A DNA stretch of 64,000 nt, taken from an uncultured bacterium. GTDB lineage: Bacteria > Krumholzibacteriota > Krumholzibacteriia > WVZY01. The notes under the pieces were generated by a model, which saw only the letters and a list, made by a program, of their open reading frames with translations, ran no database searches and was not told where the DNA came from. This document shows, piece by piece, positions 38,320 to 48,474 of this stretch. The stretch lies in the NCBI GenBank assembly GCA_965372355.1, contig CBDVBZ010000001.1, positions 54,422-118,421 on the forward strand, given 5' to 3'. The position numbers were made by a program, and so were the translations under genes. How positions within the stretch are numbered: position 1 is the first letter of the stretch; each line of letters opens with the position of its first letter.

Positions 38320-40605
38320 ATGAGCCGCACAAACAGGTATTTCCTTTTTATAGCGTGTGTTGCGCTTGCCGCCTTCCTGGCCGTGGCACTGGCGACGGCA
38401 CGCCCCGGCGACTGGCCCTTTCACTCCGACCGGTCGTTCAGGGACGTGCGCAACCTGTCCGGCCCGCTGGGCTCGCTGCTCGCGTATGGCTTTATCGGCT
38501 CGCTCGGGCGTCTCTTTGCCTGGTTCGTCCCCATCTGCCTGCTGGTGTTCGGCTCCGGTCTGCTCGTGGATCGGGCACGAGCCGCCGGCAAGATTGTATT
38601 TAAGTCATTTCTATCCATAGTGTTACTAAGTTCGTTCTTTGCGCTGATGCCTGCCACCCAAGGGAAGACGCTCCTATCGGGCTCGTTGGGGACGAGGGTC
38701 GGTGCTCTTGTGTCGTCCGTTCTGGGTGAGTTTGGCGGTACGACCCTGCTCATCACGATTCTGCTGCTGATCTTCTTTACCGAGCTGAGGCTGATGGCCG
38801 GGGCGGGGCGTCGCGCCGCCGGCAAGGCGCCTGCACAGCGCAAGCGGGTCACCGGGTGGACGAGCGCTGTCTCCATCTGGATTGGGCGACGGGTCGAGGC
38901 GCTACGGGAGCAGCGTGAGCGGTGGCGGGAAGCTCGCCTGAGGGCGCGCGAGCAAAAGCAGAAGTCTGCACGCAGACCGGACCCCACACCCCAACCGACT
39001 CCTCCTGCGTCTGCCCGCGTCCCCGATGACGCGCCGTGGGTGGAGATCGATCGTTCCGAGAAGCCCAAGCCCCGTGCGGCAGCGACGGTCGCGCACGTCG
39101 AAAAACCGGCCGCCCCGTCGCCCGTCAGGAAGCCCGACGCCTCCGGTGAGCGGATACCACTGGAGAAGGCGACGCTGCCTCCGATATCAATTCTCAAGAC
39201 CGGCGCCGAAGAGGAGTCGGGCTTTTCGAATGACCAGCTCAAGAACTGGAGCGACGTCCTCGAGAGCAAGCTTTCCAACTACGGCATCCACGGACGCGTC
39301 ACCGCGGTCAATCAGGGGCCGTTCGTTACCACGTTCGAGTTCGAGCCGGCGCCGGGTGTGAAAGTCAAGGACATCGTCAGCCGATCGGATGATCTCGCTC
39401 TGGCGATGCGCGCGCGCAGCCTGCGGTTGATTGCACCGATACCCGGCCGAGCCGTCGTTGGCATCGAGATACCCAATCCTCATCAGCAGGTCGTCTATTT
39501 TCGCGATGTGTTGAGGGAGATCCCCGAGCGGTTGCGCTACAGCGGCATCATGATCGCGCTGGGTGTCGACGCGGTCGGAAAGCCCTTCCACATGAATCTC
39601 TGCAGTGCTCCGCATCTCTTGATGGCCGGGACTACCGGCTCGGGGAAGAGCGTGGCGCTGAACTGTTTTCTGGCGAGCATCCTGTTTCAGTACCGACCTG
39701 CCGACATCCGGTTGTTGATCATTGACCCGAAGATGGTCGAGATGAGCATGTTCAACGGCATTCCTCACCTTATGCATCCGGTGATCACGGATCCGGCAGA
39801 GGCGGTTCGTGTGTTCAATTACTTGATCCGCGAGATGGAAAGAAGGAACAATCTGCTCCGCAAGAGCGGTGTCAAGAACATCGAGAGCTACAATTCGAGG
39901 ATCGCGCTGGGCAAGAACGATGTCGACCCGAATGCGGAGAGGCTCTCGTACATCGTGCTCGTCCTCGACGAGCTGGCGGATCTCGTGTTGACCAAGGGCA
40001 TCGACTTCGAGTCGCTGTTGTCGCGTCTGTCCAACATGGCGCGCGCCGTTGGCATCCACATGATCGTGGCGACGCAGCGGCCCTCCGTCGATGTGATCGA
40101 CGGCAAGACCAAAGCCAATTTTCCAACACGCATCGCGTTTCGAGTAGCCACCAAAGTCGACTCGCGGACGATACTCGACTGCATGGGTGCGGAGAAGCTT
40201 CTCGGCAAAGGCGACATGCTCTACGTCGACGCCAAGCATCCCGAGGCGCTGAGGCTTCACGGATCTTGGTTGTCGGAGGACGAGCTCGACGAGCTCGTGG
40301 GTCACTGGAAACGTTATGACTTCGAGGAATCCCAACTCCAGTTCGCGGAGGAGACCAGGGGAGTGGCCTCGAACGGTGAGAAGGACTCGTACTTCGATGA
40401 AGCGAGAAACGTGATACTTTGCCATCGTCAGGGCTCGACCTCGCTCCTGCAGAGAAAACTCCACGTCGGATACGCGAGAGCCGCGCGGCTTCTCGATCAG
40501 CTGGAGGACGCGGGTATCGTGGGACCACCCGATGGAAGCAAGCCCAGGGAAGTGCTGATCAGCTCGGATGAAGAGAGCCTGGGCATCTACGACCGGGGGG
40601 TATGA
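38320..40605 (+). CDS. ftsK: DNA translocase FtsK.
   Basis: N-terminal TM helices, Pro/Ala-rich linker, Walker A GTTGSGKSVALN, Walker B LVLDELADL, C-terminal gamma (winged-helix) domain LLQRKLHVGYARAARLLDQLEDAGIVG. Confidence 0.9.
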   Translation: MSRTNRYFLFIACVALAAFLAVALATARPGDWPFHSDRSFRDVRNLSGPLGSLLAYGFIGSLGRLFAWFVPICLLVFGSGLLVDRARAAGKIVFKSFLSIVLLSSFFALMPATQGKTLLSGSLGTRVGALVSSVLGEFGGTTLLITILLLIFFTELRLMAGAGRRAAGKAPAQRKRVTGWTSAVSIWIGRRVEALREQRERWREARLRAREQKQKSARRPDPTPQPTPPASARVPDDAPWVEIDRSEKPKPRAAATVAHVEKPAAPSPVRKPDASGERIPLEKATLPPISILKTGAEEESGFSNDQLKNWSDVLESKLSNYGIHGRVTAVNQGPFVTTFEFEPAPGVKVKDIVSRSDDLALAMRARSLRLIAPIPGRAVVGIEIPNPHQQVVYFRDVLREIPERLRYSGIMIALGVDAVGKPFHMNLCSAPHLLMAGTTGSGKSVALNCFLASILFQYRPADIRLLIIDPKMVEMSMFNGIPHLMHPVITDPAEAVRVFNYLIREMERRNNLLRKSGVKNIESYNSRIALGKNDVDPNAERLSYIVLVLDELADLVLTKGIDFESLLSRLSNMARAVGIHMIVATQRPSVDVIDGKTKANFPTRIAFRVATKVDSRTILDCMGAEKLLGKGDMLYVDAKHPEALRLHGSWLSEDELDELVGHWKRYDFEESQLQFAEETRGVASNGEKDSYFDEARNVILCHRQGSTSLLQRKLHVGYARAARLLDQLEDAGIVGPPDGSKPREVLISSDEESLGIYDRGV

Positions 40606-40612
40606 GCGGGAT

Positions 40613-41938
40613 ATGACCGCGTACATCACGAGCCTTGGCTGTCCAAAGAACCTCGTCGACACGGAAGCAACCCTTGCGCTCCTACGCGGGGAAGGATGTA
40701 CCGTGACCGAGGATCCCGCTGATGCGGATGTGATGATCGTCAACGCGTGTTCGTTTCTCGGTGCGGCCTGGCAGGAGACCATCGAGGAAGTCGGAAGACT
40801 CAGCCGGATAAAGGAAAACGATCGGTCGAAAAAGTTGGTCCTAATGGGCTGCCTGCCAAAACATCGCACGGAGGACTGGCGGGGGCAGTTGACACACGTC
40901 GACCAGTTCGTACCGGCGGGCGAACATGCGCGATTGCCATTGCTCGTTCGGGCGTGGCGCGACGATGGGGACGCTTCACGGTCGTCGCACGAAGTGGCGC
41001 TCGACCGGTTCGCCGGTTTCGAACGCCGGGCGCTGCTCACGCCGTCTCATACCGCCTATGTAAAGATCGCCGATGGCTGCAGCCGCCGGTGTTCGTTCTG
41101 CGCAATCCCGAAGATCCGCGGAGAGATGGTCTCGAGACCGGTCGATTCGATTGTCGGTGAGGTGGAGGGCCTGCGTGACAACGGTGTCAGGGAAGTCTCC
41201 CTGCTCGCGCAGGACATCACGTCCTACTATTCCGATGGCCGGCGCTTTGCCGATCTCGTCGATGCGATCGCCGCGACCGGGATCGACTGGATACGAATCT
41301 ACTACGCGCACCCGGGCTCTCTGACGCTCGATCTCGCACGGCGCATCTTCGGCCATCCCGCGGTGTGCCGATACCTCGAGTCGCCCATTCAGCATGCTTC
41401 AGACCGGGTTTTGAAACGGATGGGACGACCGTACACACGTGCGGGTCTCGAGAGACTCTTTAGCGGGATGCGGAAAGAGTTTTCGGATGTCAGGGTGCGC
41501 AGTGAGGTCATCGTCGGTTTTCCCGGTGAAGAGGACAGTGATTTCGAAGCGCTCAAGCGATTCGTCGAGGAGACGGAATTCGCGTCGCTGGGTATCTTCG
41601 AGTTCTCACCCGAGCCGAACACGCCGGCGGCGCAGTTGGATGGGGCGGTGCCCGACGACGTCAAGAGGGAGCGCGCGACGGAGCTCAGTGATCTACAGAA
41701 CGCGATCACGTTTGGCCTGCACGATGCGGAGAGAGGCTCTGTCCACAAGATTCTCGTGGACCGGTTCCGTGACGATTCTCTTCGTGATGGTTACACATAT
41801 GCGGGCCGGTACTACGGGCAGGCACTCGAAGTGGATGGGGAAGTTTTACTCAAAGGCGACGGGTTGGTCATCGGTGAATTCGTTTCCGCCGTCATCACCG
41901 ACGCGGACGTCTTCGATCTTCGTGGCGAAGTTGCTTGA
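40613..41938 (+). CDS. rimO: Ribosomal protein S12 methylthiotransferase RimO (MiaB-family radical SAM).
   Basis: MTTase N-domain ITSLGCPKNLVDTE...VNACSF, radical SAM CSRRCSFCAIP, C-terminal TRAM. Confidence 0.85.
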   Translation: MTAYITSLGCPKNLVDTEATLALLRGEGCTVTEDPADADVMIVNACSFLGAAWQETIEEVGRLSRIKENDRSKKLVLMGCLPKHRTEDWRGQLTHVDQFVPAGEHARLPLLVRAWRDDGDASRSSHEVALDRFAGFERRALLTPSHTAYVKIADGCSRRCSFCAIPKIRGEMVSRPVDSIVGEVEGLRDNGVREVSLLAQDITSYYSDGRRFADLVDAIAATGIDWIRIYYAHPGSLTLDLARRIFGHPAVCRYLESPIQHASDRVLKRMGRPYTRAGLERLFSGMRKEFSDVRVRSEVIVGFPGEEDSDFEALKRFVEETEFASLGIFEFSPEPNTPAAQLDGAVPDDVKRERATELSDLQNAITFGLHDAERGSVHKILVDRFRDDSLRDGYTYAGRYYGQALEVDGEVLLKGDGLVIGEFVSAVITDADVFDLRGEVA

Positions 41939-41949
41939 CTTTTAATCAC

Positions 41950-41978
41950 TTGACCATGCCTGGGCGATTCGTTATTTA
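41950..41978 (+). promoter_or_regulatory. Sigma-70-like promoter TTGACC-N17-TATTTA upstream of the 42006 ORF.
   Basis: Read directly; GGGAGGG RBS before the ATG at 42006. Confidence 0.35.
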
Positions 41979-42005
41979 TAGGGAGCCCCTTTATCGGGAG
42001 GGATA

Positions 42006-42671
42006 ATGCCAATCAATCAACATCGGACGTTGCTCTGGTGTGCGGTCGTGCTGGCGACGCTGCTGGCTGTTCCGGCCACGGCGGAGGACGAGGAGGTCGT
42101 CAGTAATCTGGAGCTGATGACCCGGTTGACCAGCGAAGTGGCCGAGGAATTGATCGCGGGGGTGCCGGCCAGCGCCAACATGGGCAGTGTCTTCCTGGTT
42201 CCCTACCAGACAAGTGATCAGTATGAATTCACGGACAACGTCATTGCCCGCGTGCTGACATCGGCCGGTCACAAGGTGTATCAGTCCGTGGCGTCGGGGG
42301 ACCAGCCGGGAGGCGCTTCCGCGACGGTGTTGCGGCTCGAGTACCAGGCGATCCACTTCGACCTGAGTTATCCAAAGATCTATCGACCGTTTCTCGTCGG
42401 GGGCAAGAAGGTCAAACGCAAGGCCGAGGTTCGGCTGCTATTGAAGCTCGTCGACCCGACGGACCATTCGGTCGTCTGGATCGGAGAGGCGACGCGATCC
42501 CACGACGACAAGTTTCCCTACGGTCGTCTGGCGGATGTCGAGGTGGGTTCGTTTGAGTTCACACAGCCGACGCGATCATCGTCCAGTTGGGGCAAAGTGA
42601 TCGAGCCGGTTGTCGTGAGCGGTATCATTGTTGGTCTCATCTATCTGTTCTTTTCCAATCAGAGCGAATAG
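42006..42671 (+). CDS. Hypothetical secreted protein with C-terminal hydrophobic segment.
   Basis: Signal peptide LLWCAVVLATLLAVPATA; C-terminal VVSGIIVGLIYLFF; no recognised domain. Confidence 0.5.
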   Translation: MPINQHRTLLWCAVVLATLLAVPATAEDEEVVSNLELMTRLTSEVAEELIAGVPASANMGSVFLVPYQTSDQYEFTDNVIARVLTSAGHKVYQSVASGDQPGGASATVLRLEYQAIHFDLSYPKIYRPFLVGGKKVKRKAEVRLLLKLVDPTDHSVVWIGEATRSHDDKFPYGRLADVEVGSFEFTQPTRSSSSWGKVIEPVVVSGIIVGLIYLFFSNQSE

Positions 42672-42682
42672 CCAGTTGTCCA

Positions 42683-43630
42683 ATGGACCTCCACGAAAAG
42701 ACTTCGCACGTATCCAAGTCTCAGGCCAGGCTGCTAGTGATCCTGGTCTGGATGATCGTGCTCGCCGTGGGCGGTTGTTCCGAAAAACGCAAATCGCTCA
42801 GTGAGATTCGCGAGAGCTTTGCGCAGAAGGACTACGAGGAGACGGAACTCCTCTGTCAGCACGCGTTGCGAAAGAACATCCACGACCCCGAGGTCTATTA
42901 CTATTACGGTCTCGCCCTCCTGGAACAGGGACGCGACTATGAGGCGTTCCGCCGTCTCGAAGAGGCGGGGACAGCAGACCCGATGATCCGCGGCAAGATT
43001 GCCGGGCGCTTGCTGGTCAAGGGGAGAGAGGCTTTTGCCAGGGGGGGTGCAAGGAGAGCAGCGGACAGACTGAAGCTGGCCGTCAACATGCAGCCCGATC
43101 TCGAGCTTGGTAGTTTGAAGTACCTCGTCGCCGACGCGTATTTCGACGAGAGGGTATTCGACAAAGCGGCCCCGCTGTATGTCGCGGCGATAGATGAGCG
43201 TCCGGATACCGCAGCGGCGGAGAGCGCGTACTTCAATCTTTCGGTCTGCTACGTGGCGCTGGGCGACTCGACGGGAGCACTGCAGGCGCTGGATGAGCTC
43301 CTCGATCGCTTTCCCAAGGGAAGGCTTGCCGGCCGGGCCCGGTGGGAGCTGGTCAATCTGATGTACGAACACGCGAGTGCCGAGTTTGCGCGCGGAAACT
43401 ACGAGGCCGTTGTAGAAGAGATAAACACACTACTGGAGCGGACAACCAACGTGTCTCTGCTTCAGCGAGCCAGGTTCATACTCGGGGAAGCATACGAGCG
43501 CCTGGAGGATTACCCGAATGCCTACGAACAATACAAAACGATTATCGAGCAGGATAGCGGGGCATCGGGCAGGATCATCGAGCGGGCCAGACAGAAGATC
43601 AACGCTCTGCGTGACTCCGGGCTCTTATAG
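42683..43630 (+). CDS. TPR-like outer-membrane lipoprotein (BamD/YbgF-like paralogue), unknown function.
   Basis: Lipobox LAVGGCS; helical-repeat composition (YYYYGLALLEQG..., AYFNLSVCYVALGD...). Confidence 0.55.
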   Translation: MDLHEKTSHVSKSQARLLVILVWMIVLAVGGCSEKRKSLSEIRESFAQKDYEETELLCQHALRKNIHDPEVYYYYGLALLEQGRDYEAFRRLEEAGTADPMIRGKIAGRLLVKGREAFARGGARRAADRLKLAVNMQPDLELGSLKYLVADAYFDERVFDKAAPLYVAAIDERPDTAAAESAYFNLSVCYVALGDSTGALQALDELLDRFPKGRLAGRARWELVNLMYEHASAEFARGNYEAVVEEINTLLERTTNVSLLQRARFILGEAYERLEDYPNAYEQYKTIIEQDSGASGRIIERARQKINALRDSGLL

Positions 43631-43658
43631 AGTAAGGCGACGGGCGGGAACAGGATTA

Positions 43659-44447
43659 ATGATCGAGAAAAGAGTCGACAGATATTCCGCGCGAGTGCGC
43701 GGGAGACTTGGCAACGTGTTCCTGCTTCTGGTCGTGTTCGTCAGCGGCTGTGCGGGAGGTGTCCCAAGGGTACCCAACTCAGCCGAATCGATTCTGGAGA
43801 GAGGCGACGCCTACTTTGACCGGAAGATGTACTTCCATTCGCAGGAAATGTACAAAGCGTTCCTCCTCAGGTATCCCGGCGATGACCGGAGCGACTACGC
43901 CCAGTTCAAGCTTGCCGAGTCGCTCTACAATGGCGAGGAATACGCGCTCGCTTCGGTCGAGTATCACCTCGTTTCGACGAACTACGGGTACAGCGAGTAC
44001 GTCGATGACGCCTATTTCAAAGAGGCGCTGTGCTTCTATCACCAGGCGCTCAAGCCTCCGCTCGATCAGACCAAGCGTCTCGACGCGCTGGAAAGGCTGG
44101 AACGATTCATCACCGTATTCCCACAGAGTTCTCTGATCCCCGAAGCGCAGGATCACATCCGGCAGATCCACGCAAAGCTCGCCGAAAAGGGGTTCAAGAA
44201 CGCGTTGTTCTACTATCGGCACAAGCGATGGCGGTCGGCTATTATATATTTTGACAAGGTCATCGACAACTATCCCGACAACAAGTACTGGGCGAGGTCG
44301 TGCTTTTACAAGGGACTGATTCTTGTCAAACGGGGTGAGACCGACGAGGCGATCCAGATGTTCTCGAAGGTGATGGCATACCCTGAGGATGTAGACGTCA
44401 AGCCGGGGGCGAGAAGGGAACTGCAGAAGCTGAGGGGCAATGGGTAA
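43659..44447 (+). CDS. bamD: Outer membrane protein assembly factor BamD (YfiO-like TPR lipoprotein).
   Basis: Lipobox FVSGCAG; BamD-like TPR series (AYFDRKMYFHSQEMYKAFLLRYPGDDRSDYAQFKLAESLY ... NALFYYRHKRWRSAIIYFDKVIDNYP). Confidence 0.75.
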   Translation: MIEKRVDRYSARVRGRLGNVFLLLVVFVSGCAGGVPRVPNSAESILERGDAYFDRKMYFHSQEMYKAFLLRYPGDDRSDYAQFKLAESLYNGEEYALASVEYHLVSTNYGYSEYVDDAYFKEALCFYHQALKPPLDQTKRLDALERLERFITVFPQSSLIPEAQDHIRQIHAKLAEKGFKNALFYYRHKRWRSAIIYFDKVIDNYPDNKYWARSCFYKGLILVKRGETDEAIQMFSKVMAYPEDVDVKPGARRELQKLRGNG

Positions 44448-45015
44448 CGTTGGCATACTCGGCGGCAGTTTTGACCCACCTCACGTGGCGCACATCGCCA
44501 TGGCACGAGCGGCCCTTGATAGGTTGCCGCTGGACAGAGTTCTTTTCATGCCCGCTCCGAATCCTCCGCACAAGACGCAAGAGGTGCTGAGCCCATACGA
44601 GAGTCGCAAGGCCATGGTGGAAATAGCGATTCGGGACGAGGAGGGGATGGAGCTCTCCCTCATGGAGGAATTCCGCGAGGGGCCATCGTACACGCACGAA
44701 TTGCTCGAGCGTTTGAGCAAGCAGTCGGAAAGCGGACTTTATCTCATTGTTGGGGCGGACAGTGTGGCCGATCTGCCCAACTGGCGGGATCCCAGATCGA
44801 TACTCGACCTCGCCACGCTGGTCGTTTTCCCCAGAACCGGTTTCTCTTCGGTTGTCCCGGTCGAGGGTGACGCGTCCGTCGTGCTCTTCGAGGAGCCGGT
44901 CATCGATGTGTCGTCTACAGAGATCCGCGAGAAGTTGCGCCGTGGAGAACCGACCGATGGACTCATCCTCGACGCAGTCCGTAAGTTTATTTTAGACAAT
45001 TCGCTCTATGGTTGA
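44440..45015 (+). CDS. nadD: Nicotinate-nucleotide adenylyltransferase.
   Basis: GILGGSFDPPHVAHIAMA (HxxH), C-terminal ...SSTEIREKLRRGE. Confidence 0.9.
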   Translation: MGNVGILGGSFDPPHVAHIAMARAALDRLPLDRVLFMPAPNPPHKTQEVLSPYESRKAMVEIAIRDEEGMELSLMEEFREGPSYTHELLERLSKQSESGLYLIVGADSVADLPNWRDPRSILDLATLVVFPRTGFSSVVPVEGDASVVLFEEPVIDVSSTEIREKLRRGEPTDGLILDAVRKFILDNSLYG

Positions 45016-45058
45016 TAGTTTCCTGCTGGAAGCACTGATAGTAAGTTAGAGGTTTATT

Positions 45059-47779
45059 GTGTCGCTCTATCTGGTAGACGGCCACGCGCTGGCCTATCGT
45101 TCTTACTACGCCTTTATCCGACGGCCCCTTGTCAACTCGCGGGGTGAGGAAACCAGTGCGGTCTTTGGTTTCGCCAAGACCCTCCTCAACCTGCTCGAGA
45201 GGTTCGACCCGTCGCATGTCGCCGTCGTCTTCGACAGCCCGGCGCCAACCTTTCGCAAAAAGCTCTTCCCCGACTACAAGGCCAACCGACCCAAGATGCC
45301 GGAGCCGCTGGCTTCGCAGCTGCCCATGATCTTCTCGTTGTTGGAGGCAATGTCGATACCGTTTCTGTCGGTGGACGGTTACGAGGCGGACGACATCATT
45401 GCAACGTTATCGAAGAGGATCGATCCGCAATCCTCGGTCCGCATCGTGTCGGGGGACAAGGATCTCTTTCAGGTAGTCAGCGACAACACTCATGTCATCC
45501 GGCCCGGAAAGACCGGTCTGCTCGATGAAGAGGTCGATCCCGGTACGCTGCAGGAGAAGTTCGGTTTCGGTCCAGCCGAGTTCGTCGACTATCAGGCGCT
45601 AATGGGCGATCCGACCGACAATGTGCCGGGTGTCCCCGGTGTCGGCGAGAAGACGGCCAATAAGTTGATCCGGGAGTTCGGGTCGCTCGAGAAGATATAC
45701 GACGGGATCAAATCGATTTCATCGAAGTCGCTCCGCGACAAACTGATGAACGGCAAGGAACAGGCGTTTCTATCGAGAAGGCTCGTTCAGCTCGAGGCCG
45801 CGGTGCCGGTCGACATCACGTTGGACGAGATGGCGCGCAAACCGTTCGATGTAGACACGTTCAGGTCGCTCCTGCGGGAGTTCGAGTTTACCCAGATGCT
45901 CGACTCGCTGCCCGCGCAGGCGGAAGACAAAACCGGTGAGAGCCCAATAAACTACGCACTCGTCGACTCGGAGTCATCCCTCGATTCTTTGGTGATGGAG
46001 TTGGAGCGCGCGCCAGAGTTCGCCGTCGATGTCGAAGCCAGCGAACTCGACGCAATGCGGGCCGTGCTTGCCGGCATAACGGTTGCCACCCGCGAGGGGA
46101 CCGCCTGGTATGTCCCGGTGACGAGTGTGATCGAGGAGGAGCAGTCACTGCTGATGCCCCTGAGCAAAGCCCCCGGGCTGCCGTTGGAAATGGTCCAGGA
46201 CAAGCTCGGTGGTGTGCTTCGCGACCCGAAAATCCGAAAGATCGGGCAAAACATCAAGTACGACACGATTGTTCTGGCGAACGCCGGAATCGAGCTCGGT
46301 GGTATCGAGTTTGACACAATGCTCGCTTCGTACTGTCTTCATCCCGGCCGGCGCAGCCACGGTCTCGACAACCTCGTCGATGAGCTGCTCGGGCACAAGA
46401 TGATACCGTTCAAATCGCTGTTTGAGACGCGCGCGAAAAAGAAGGATATCCGGACGCTACCTGTGAGCCGCGTTTGCGAGTACGCATGTGAGGATTCCGA
46501 CTACACGCTGCGCGTCAAGAATGTGTTCGCCCCGATGCTCGAGTCATCACAGGTCAAGGAGTTGTTCGAGACAGTCGAGATGCCGCTGGGCGAAGTGCTG
46601 ACGAGGATGGAGCTGTGCGGCGTCGCGCTGGATGTTGATTCCCTGAGGGTTCTCTCGAGAGACCTCGACAAGCGGCTGAACGGAATCCAGCGGTCGATCT
46701 ACGAGGAAGTCGGCGAGGAATTCAATATCAATTCGACGGCGAAGCTTCAGGAGATACTTTTCACACGTCTCGGTCTCAAACCGACACACAAGACAAAGAC
46801 GGGTTATTCGACGGATACCGATGTTCTGAAGTCATTGTCGTCGCAACACGTCGTGCCTGATCTCGTGATCGAATTCCGTATGCTGAGCAAGCTCAAGAGT
46901 ACGTATGTCGACGCACTGCCGCGGCTGGTCAACCCGAAGACAGCGCGGGTTCATACGTCGTACAATCAGGCGGTGGCGACTACCGGTCGTTTGTCGAGCT
47001 CGAACCCGAACCTCCAGAACATACCGATCCGTACTGCGCTGGGCCGGGAGATACGCAAGGCGTTCGTTGCGCGCGCAGACGGGTGGGTGCTGCTCGATGC
47101 CGATTACTCTCAGATCGAGCTACGTATCATGGCGCATCTGTCGCAGGACGCGGAGCTCTTGAAGGCGTTCGCCGAGGATGCCGATGTGCACCGGAGAACC
47201 GCGGCGCGCATCATGGGAGTGCCTCTGGAGGAGGTAACGGGTGAGATGCGGTCGCGGGCAAAAACCGTGAATTTCGGGGTCATGTATGGAATGGGGGCGA
47301 GGGGACTGGCGCAGTCGTTGGAGATCGATGTCAAGGAGGCCAAGGACTTCATCGACGATTACTTTGCCGGCTACCCGGGTGTGCGGCGTTTTATCGATGA
47401 GACGATCGTAAACGCACGGAGGGACAGGGCGGTGAGTACGTTGCTGGGGCGAATCAGACAGCTTCCGGAGATCGACAGTGGCGACCGACGGAGGCGGGCC
47501 TTCGCGGAACGAACCGCGGTAAATACACCAATTCAGGGTACGGCGGCTGATATCATAAAGAAAGCGATGGTTGAGCTGGATTCGCAGCTTCGAGAGCGAG
47601 GGTTCGAGGCGAGGATGATCCTCCAGGTGCACGATGAGCTGCTGCTCGATGTGCCCGAGTCCGAACTCGACGAAGTGAAACAAGTGGTTCGTGACGCGAT
47701 GGAGAACGCCGCGGATCTCGATGTCGTTCTCAAAGTCGACATGGGTGTGGGGGGCAACTGGCTCGAGGCACATAGCTAG
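45059..47779 (+). CDS. polA: DNA polymerase I.
   Basis: 5'-3' exonuclease N-terminus LYLVDGHALAYRSYYAF; 3'-5' exo-like middle domain; polymerase motifs A (LLDADYSQIELRIMAHLS), B (RSRAKTVNFGVMYGMG), C (QVHDELLLDV). Confidence 0.95.
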   Translation: MSLYLVDGHALAYRSYYAFIRRPLVNSRGEETSAVFGFAKTLLNLLERFDPSHVAVVFDSPAPTFRKKLFPDYKANRPKMPEPLASQLPMIFSLLEAMSIPFLSVDGYEADDIIATLSKRIDPQSSVRIVSGDKDLFQVVSDNTHVIRPGKTGLLDEEVDPGTLQEKFGFGPAEFVDYQALMGDPTDNVPGVPGVGEKTANKLIREFGSLEKIYDGIKSISSKSLRDKLMNGKEQAFLSRRLVQLEAAVPVDITLDEMARKPFDVDTFRSLLREFEFTQMLDSLPAQAEDKTGESPINYALVDSESSLDSLVMELERAPEFAVDVEASELDAMRAVLAGITVATREGTAWYVPVTSVIEEEQSLLMPLSKAPGLPLEMVQDKLGGVLRDPKIRKIGQNIKYDTIVLANAGIELGGIEFDTMLASYCLHPGRRSHGLDNLVDELLGHKMIPFKSLFETRAKKKDIRTLPVSRVCEYACEDSDYTLRVKNVFAPMLESSQVKELFETVEMPLGEVLTRMELCGVALDVDSLRVLSRDLDKRLNGIQRSIYEEVGEEFNINSTAKLQEILFTRLGLKPTHKTKTGYSTDTDVLKSLSSQHVVPDLVIEFRMLSKLKSTYVDALPRLVNPKTARVHTSYNQAVATTGRLSSSNPNLQNIPIRTALGREIRKAFVARADGWVLLDADYSQIELRIMAHLSQDAELLKAFAEDADVHRRTAARIMGVPLEEVTGEMRSRAKTVNFGVMYGMGARGLAQSLEIDVKEAKDFIDDYFAGYPGVRRFIDETIVNARRDRAVSTLLGRIRQLPEIDSGDRRRRAFAERTAVNTPIQGTAADIIKKAMVELDSQLRERGFEARMILQVHDELLLDVPESELDEVKQVVRDAMENAADLDVVLKVDMGVGGNWLEAHS

Positions 47780-47789
47780 GCAGGGCGGC

Positions 47790-48386
47790 ATGAAGATTGT
47801 TGGTTTGGTAGGCCAATCCGGTACGGGCAAGACGGCGGTCGCCGGGCATCTCGAAGAAAACGGCGCGGGTCGCATAGATGCCGACAGGATCGCTCACGAT
47901 GTCCTGAAGAACGACCACGGTGTGAGCGAGGCGATCCGCAAGCGGTTCGGTCCGCGTGTATTCTCGGACGGCGCGGTCGATCGCGGGGCGCTCGGCGGGG
48001 TTGTTTTCGCGGACGCGGAAGCTCTCGAAGCGCTCAATCAGATTGTACACCCGGTGGTGATCGATACGTGCGTCACGAAGTTGAAGGAACTCGAGGCGAG
48101 CGGCGTGGATCTGGTTGTGCTCGATGCGGCGCTTCTGCTCGAGGTCGCTTTGCCATTCGAGGTCGATCTCGTGATTGCCCTCCGGTGCGAGCGTGACGAA
48201 CAGATGACGCGGCTGCGCGCGATGGGGGGGTGGTCGGATGAGGAGCTGGCCGCACGGCTCGATTCACAGGCCCACGTGGAGAAATCGTTCGATCGGGCCG
48301 ATGTGGTCATCGATACGGGCGCTCCTAAAGACACGGTATTTGCCGAGATCGATCGCGTCATCCGCATCCTGCTCGGTGGTGTATAA
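47790..48386 (+). CDS. coaE: Dephospho-CoA kinase.
   Basis: MKIVGLVGQSGTGKTAV P-loop; about 198 aa. Confidence 0.85.
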   Translation: MKIVGLVGQSGTGKTAVAGHLEENGAGRIDADRIAHDVLKNDHGVSEAIRKRFGPRVFSDGAVDRGALGGVVFADAEALEALNQIVHPVVIDTCVTKLKELEASGVDLVVLDAALLLEVALPFEVDLVIALRCERDEQMTRLRAMGGWSDEELAARLDSQAHVEKSFDRADVVIDTGAPKDTVFAEIDRVIRILLGGV

Positions 48387-48474
48387 GAGTTTTGTTGGGG
48401 AGCGAGTGAGGTCGCCGCGTCCGATCCCGAGGAAGAACCTCGCTCCCTCGGGAGAAAACAAAGGAGGCATATCG

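Noticed and set aside
39187-41040. 617-aa ORF on the - strand
   Set aside because: Antisense to ftsK/rimO, and likewise the 218-aa ORF at 39872-40528. No domains, so shadow ORFs.
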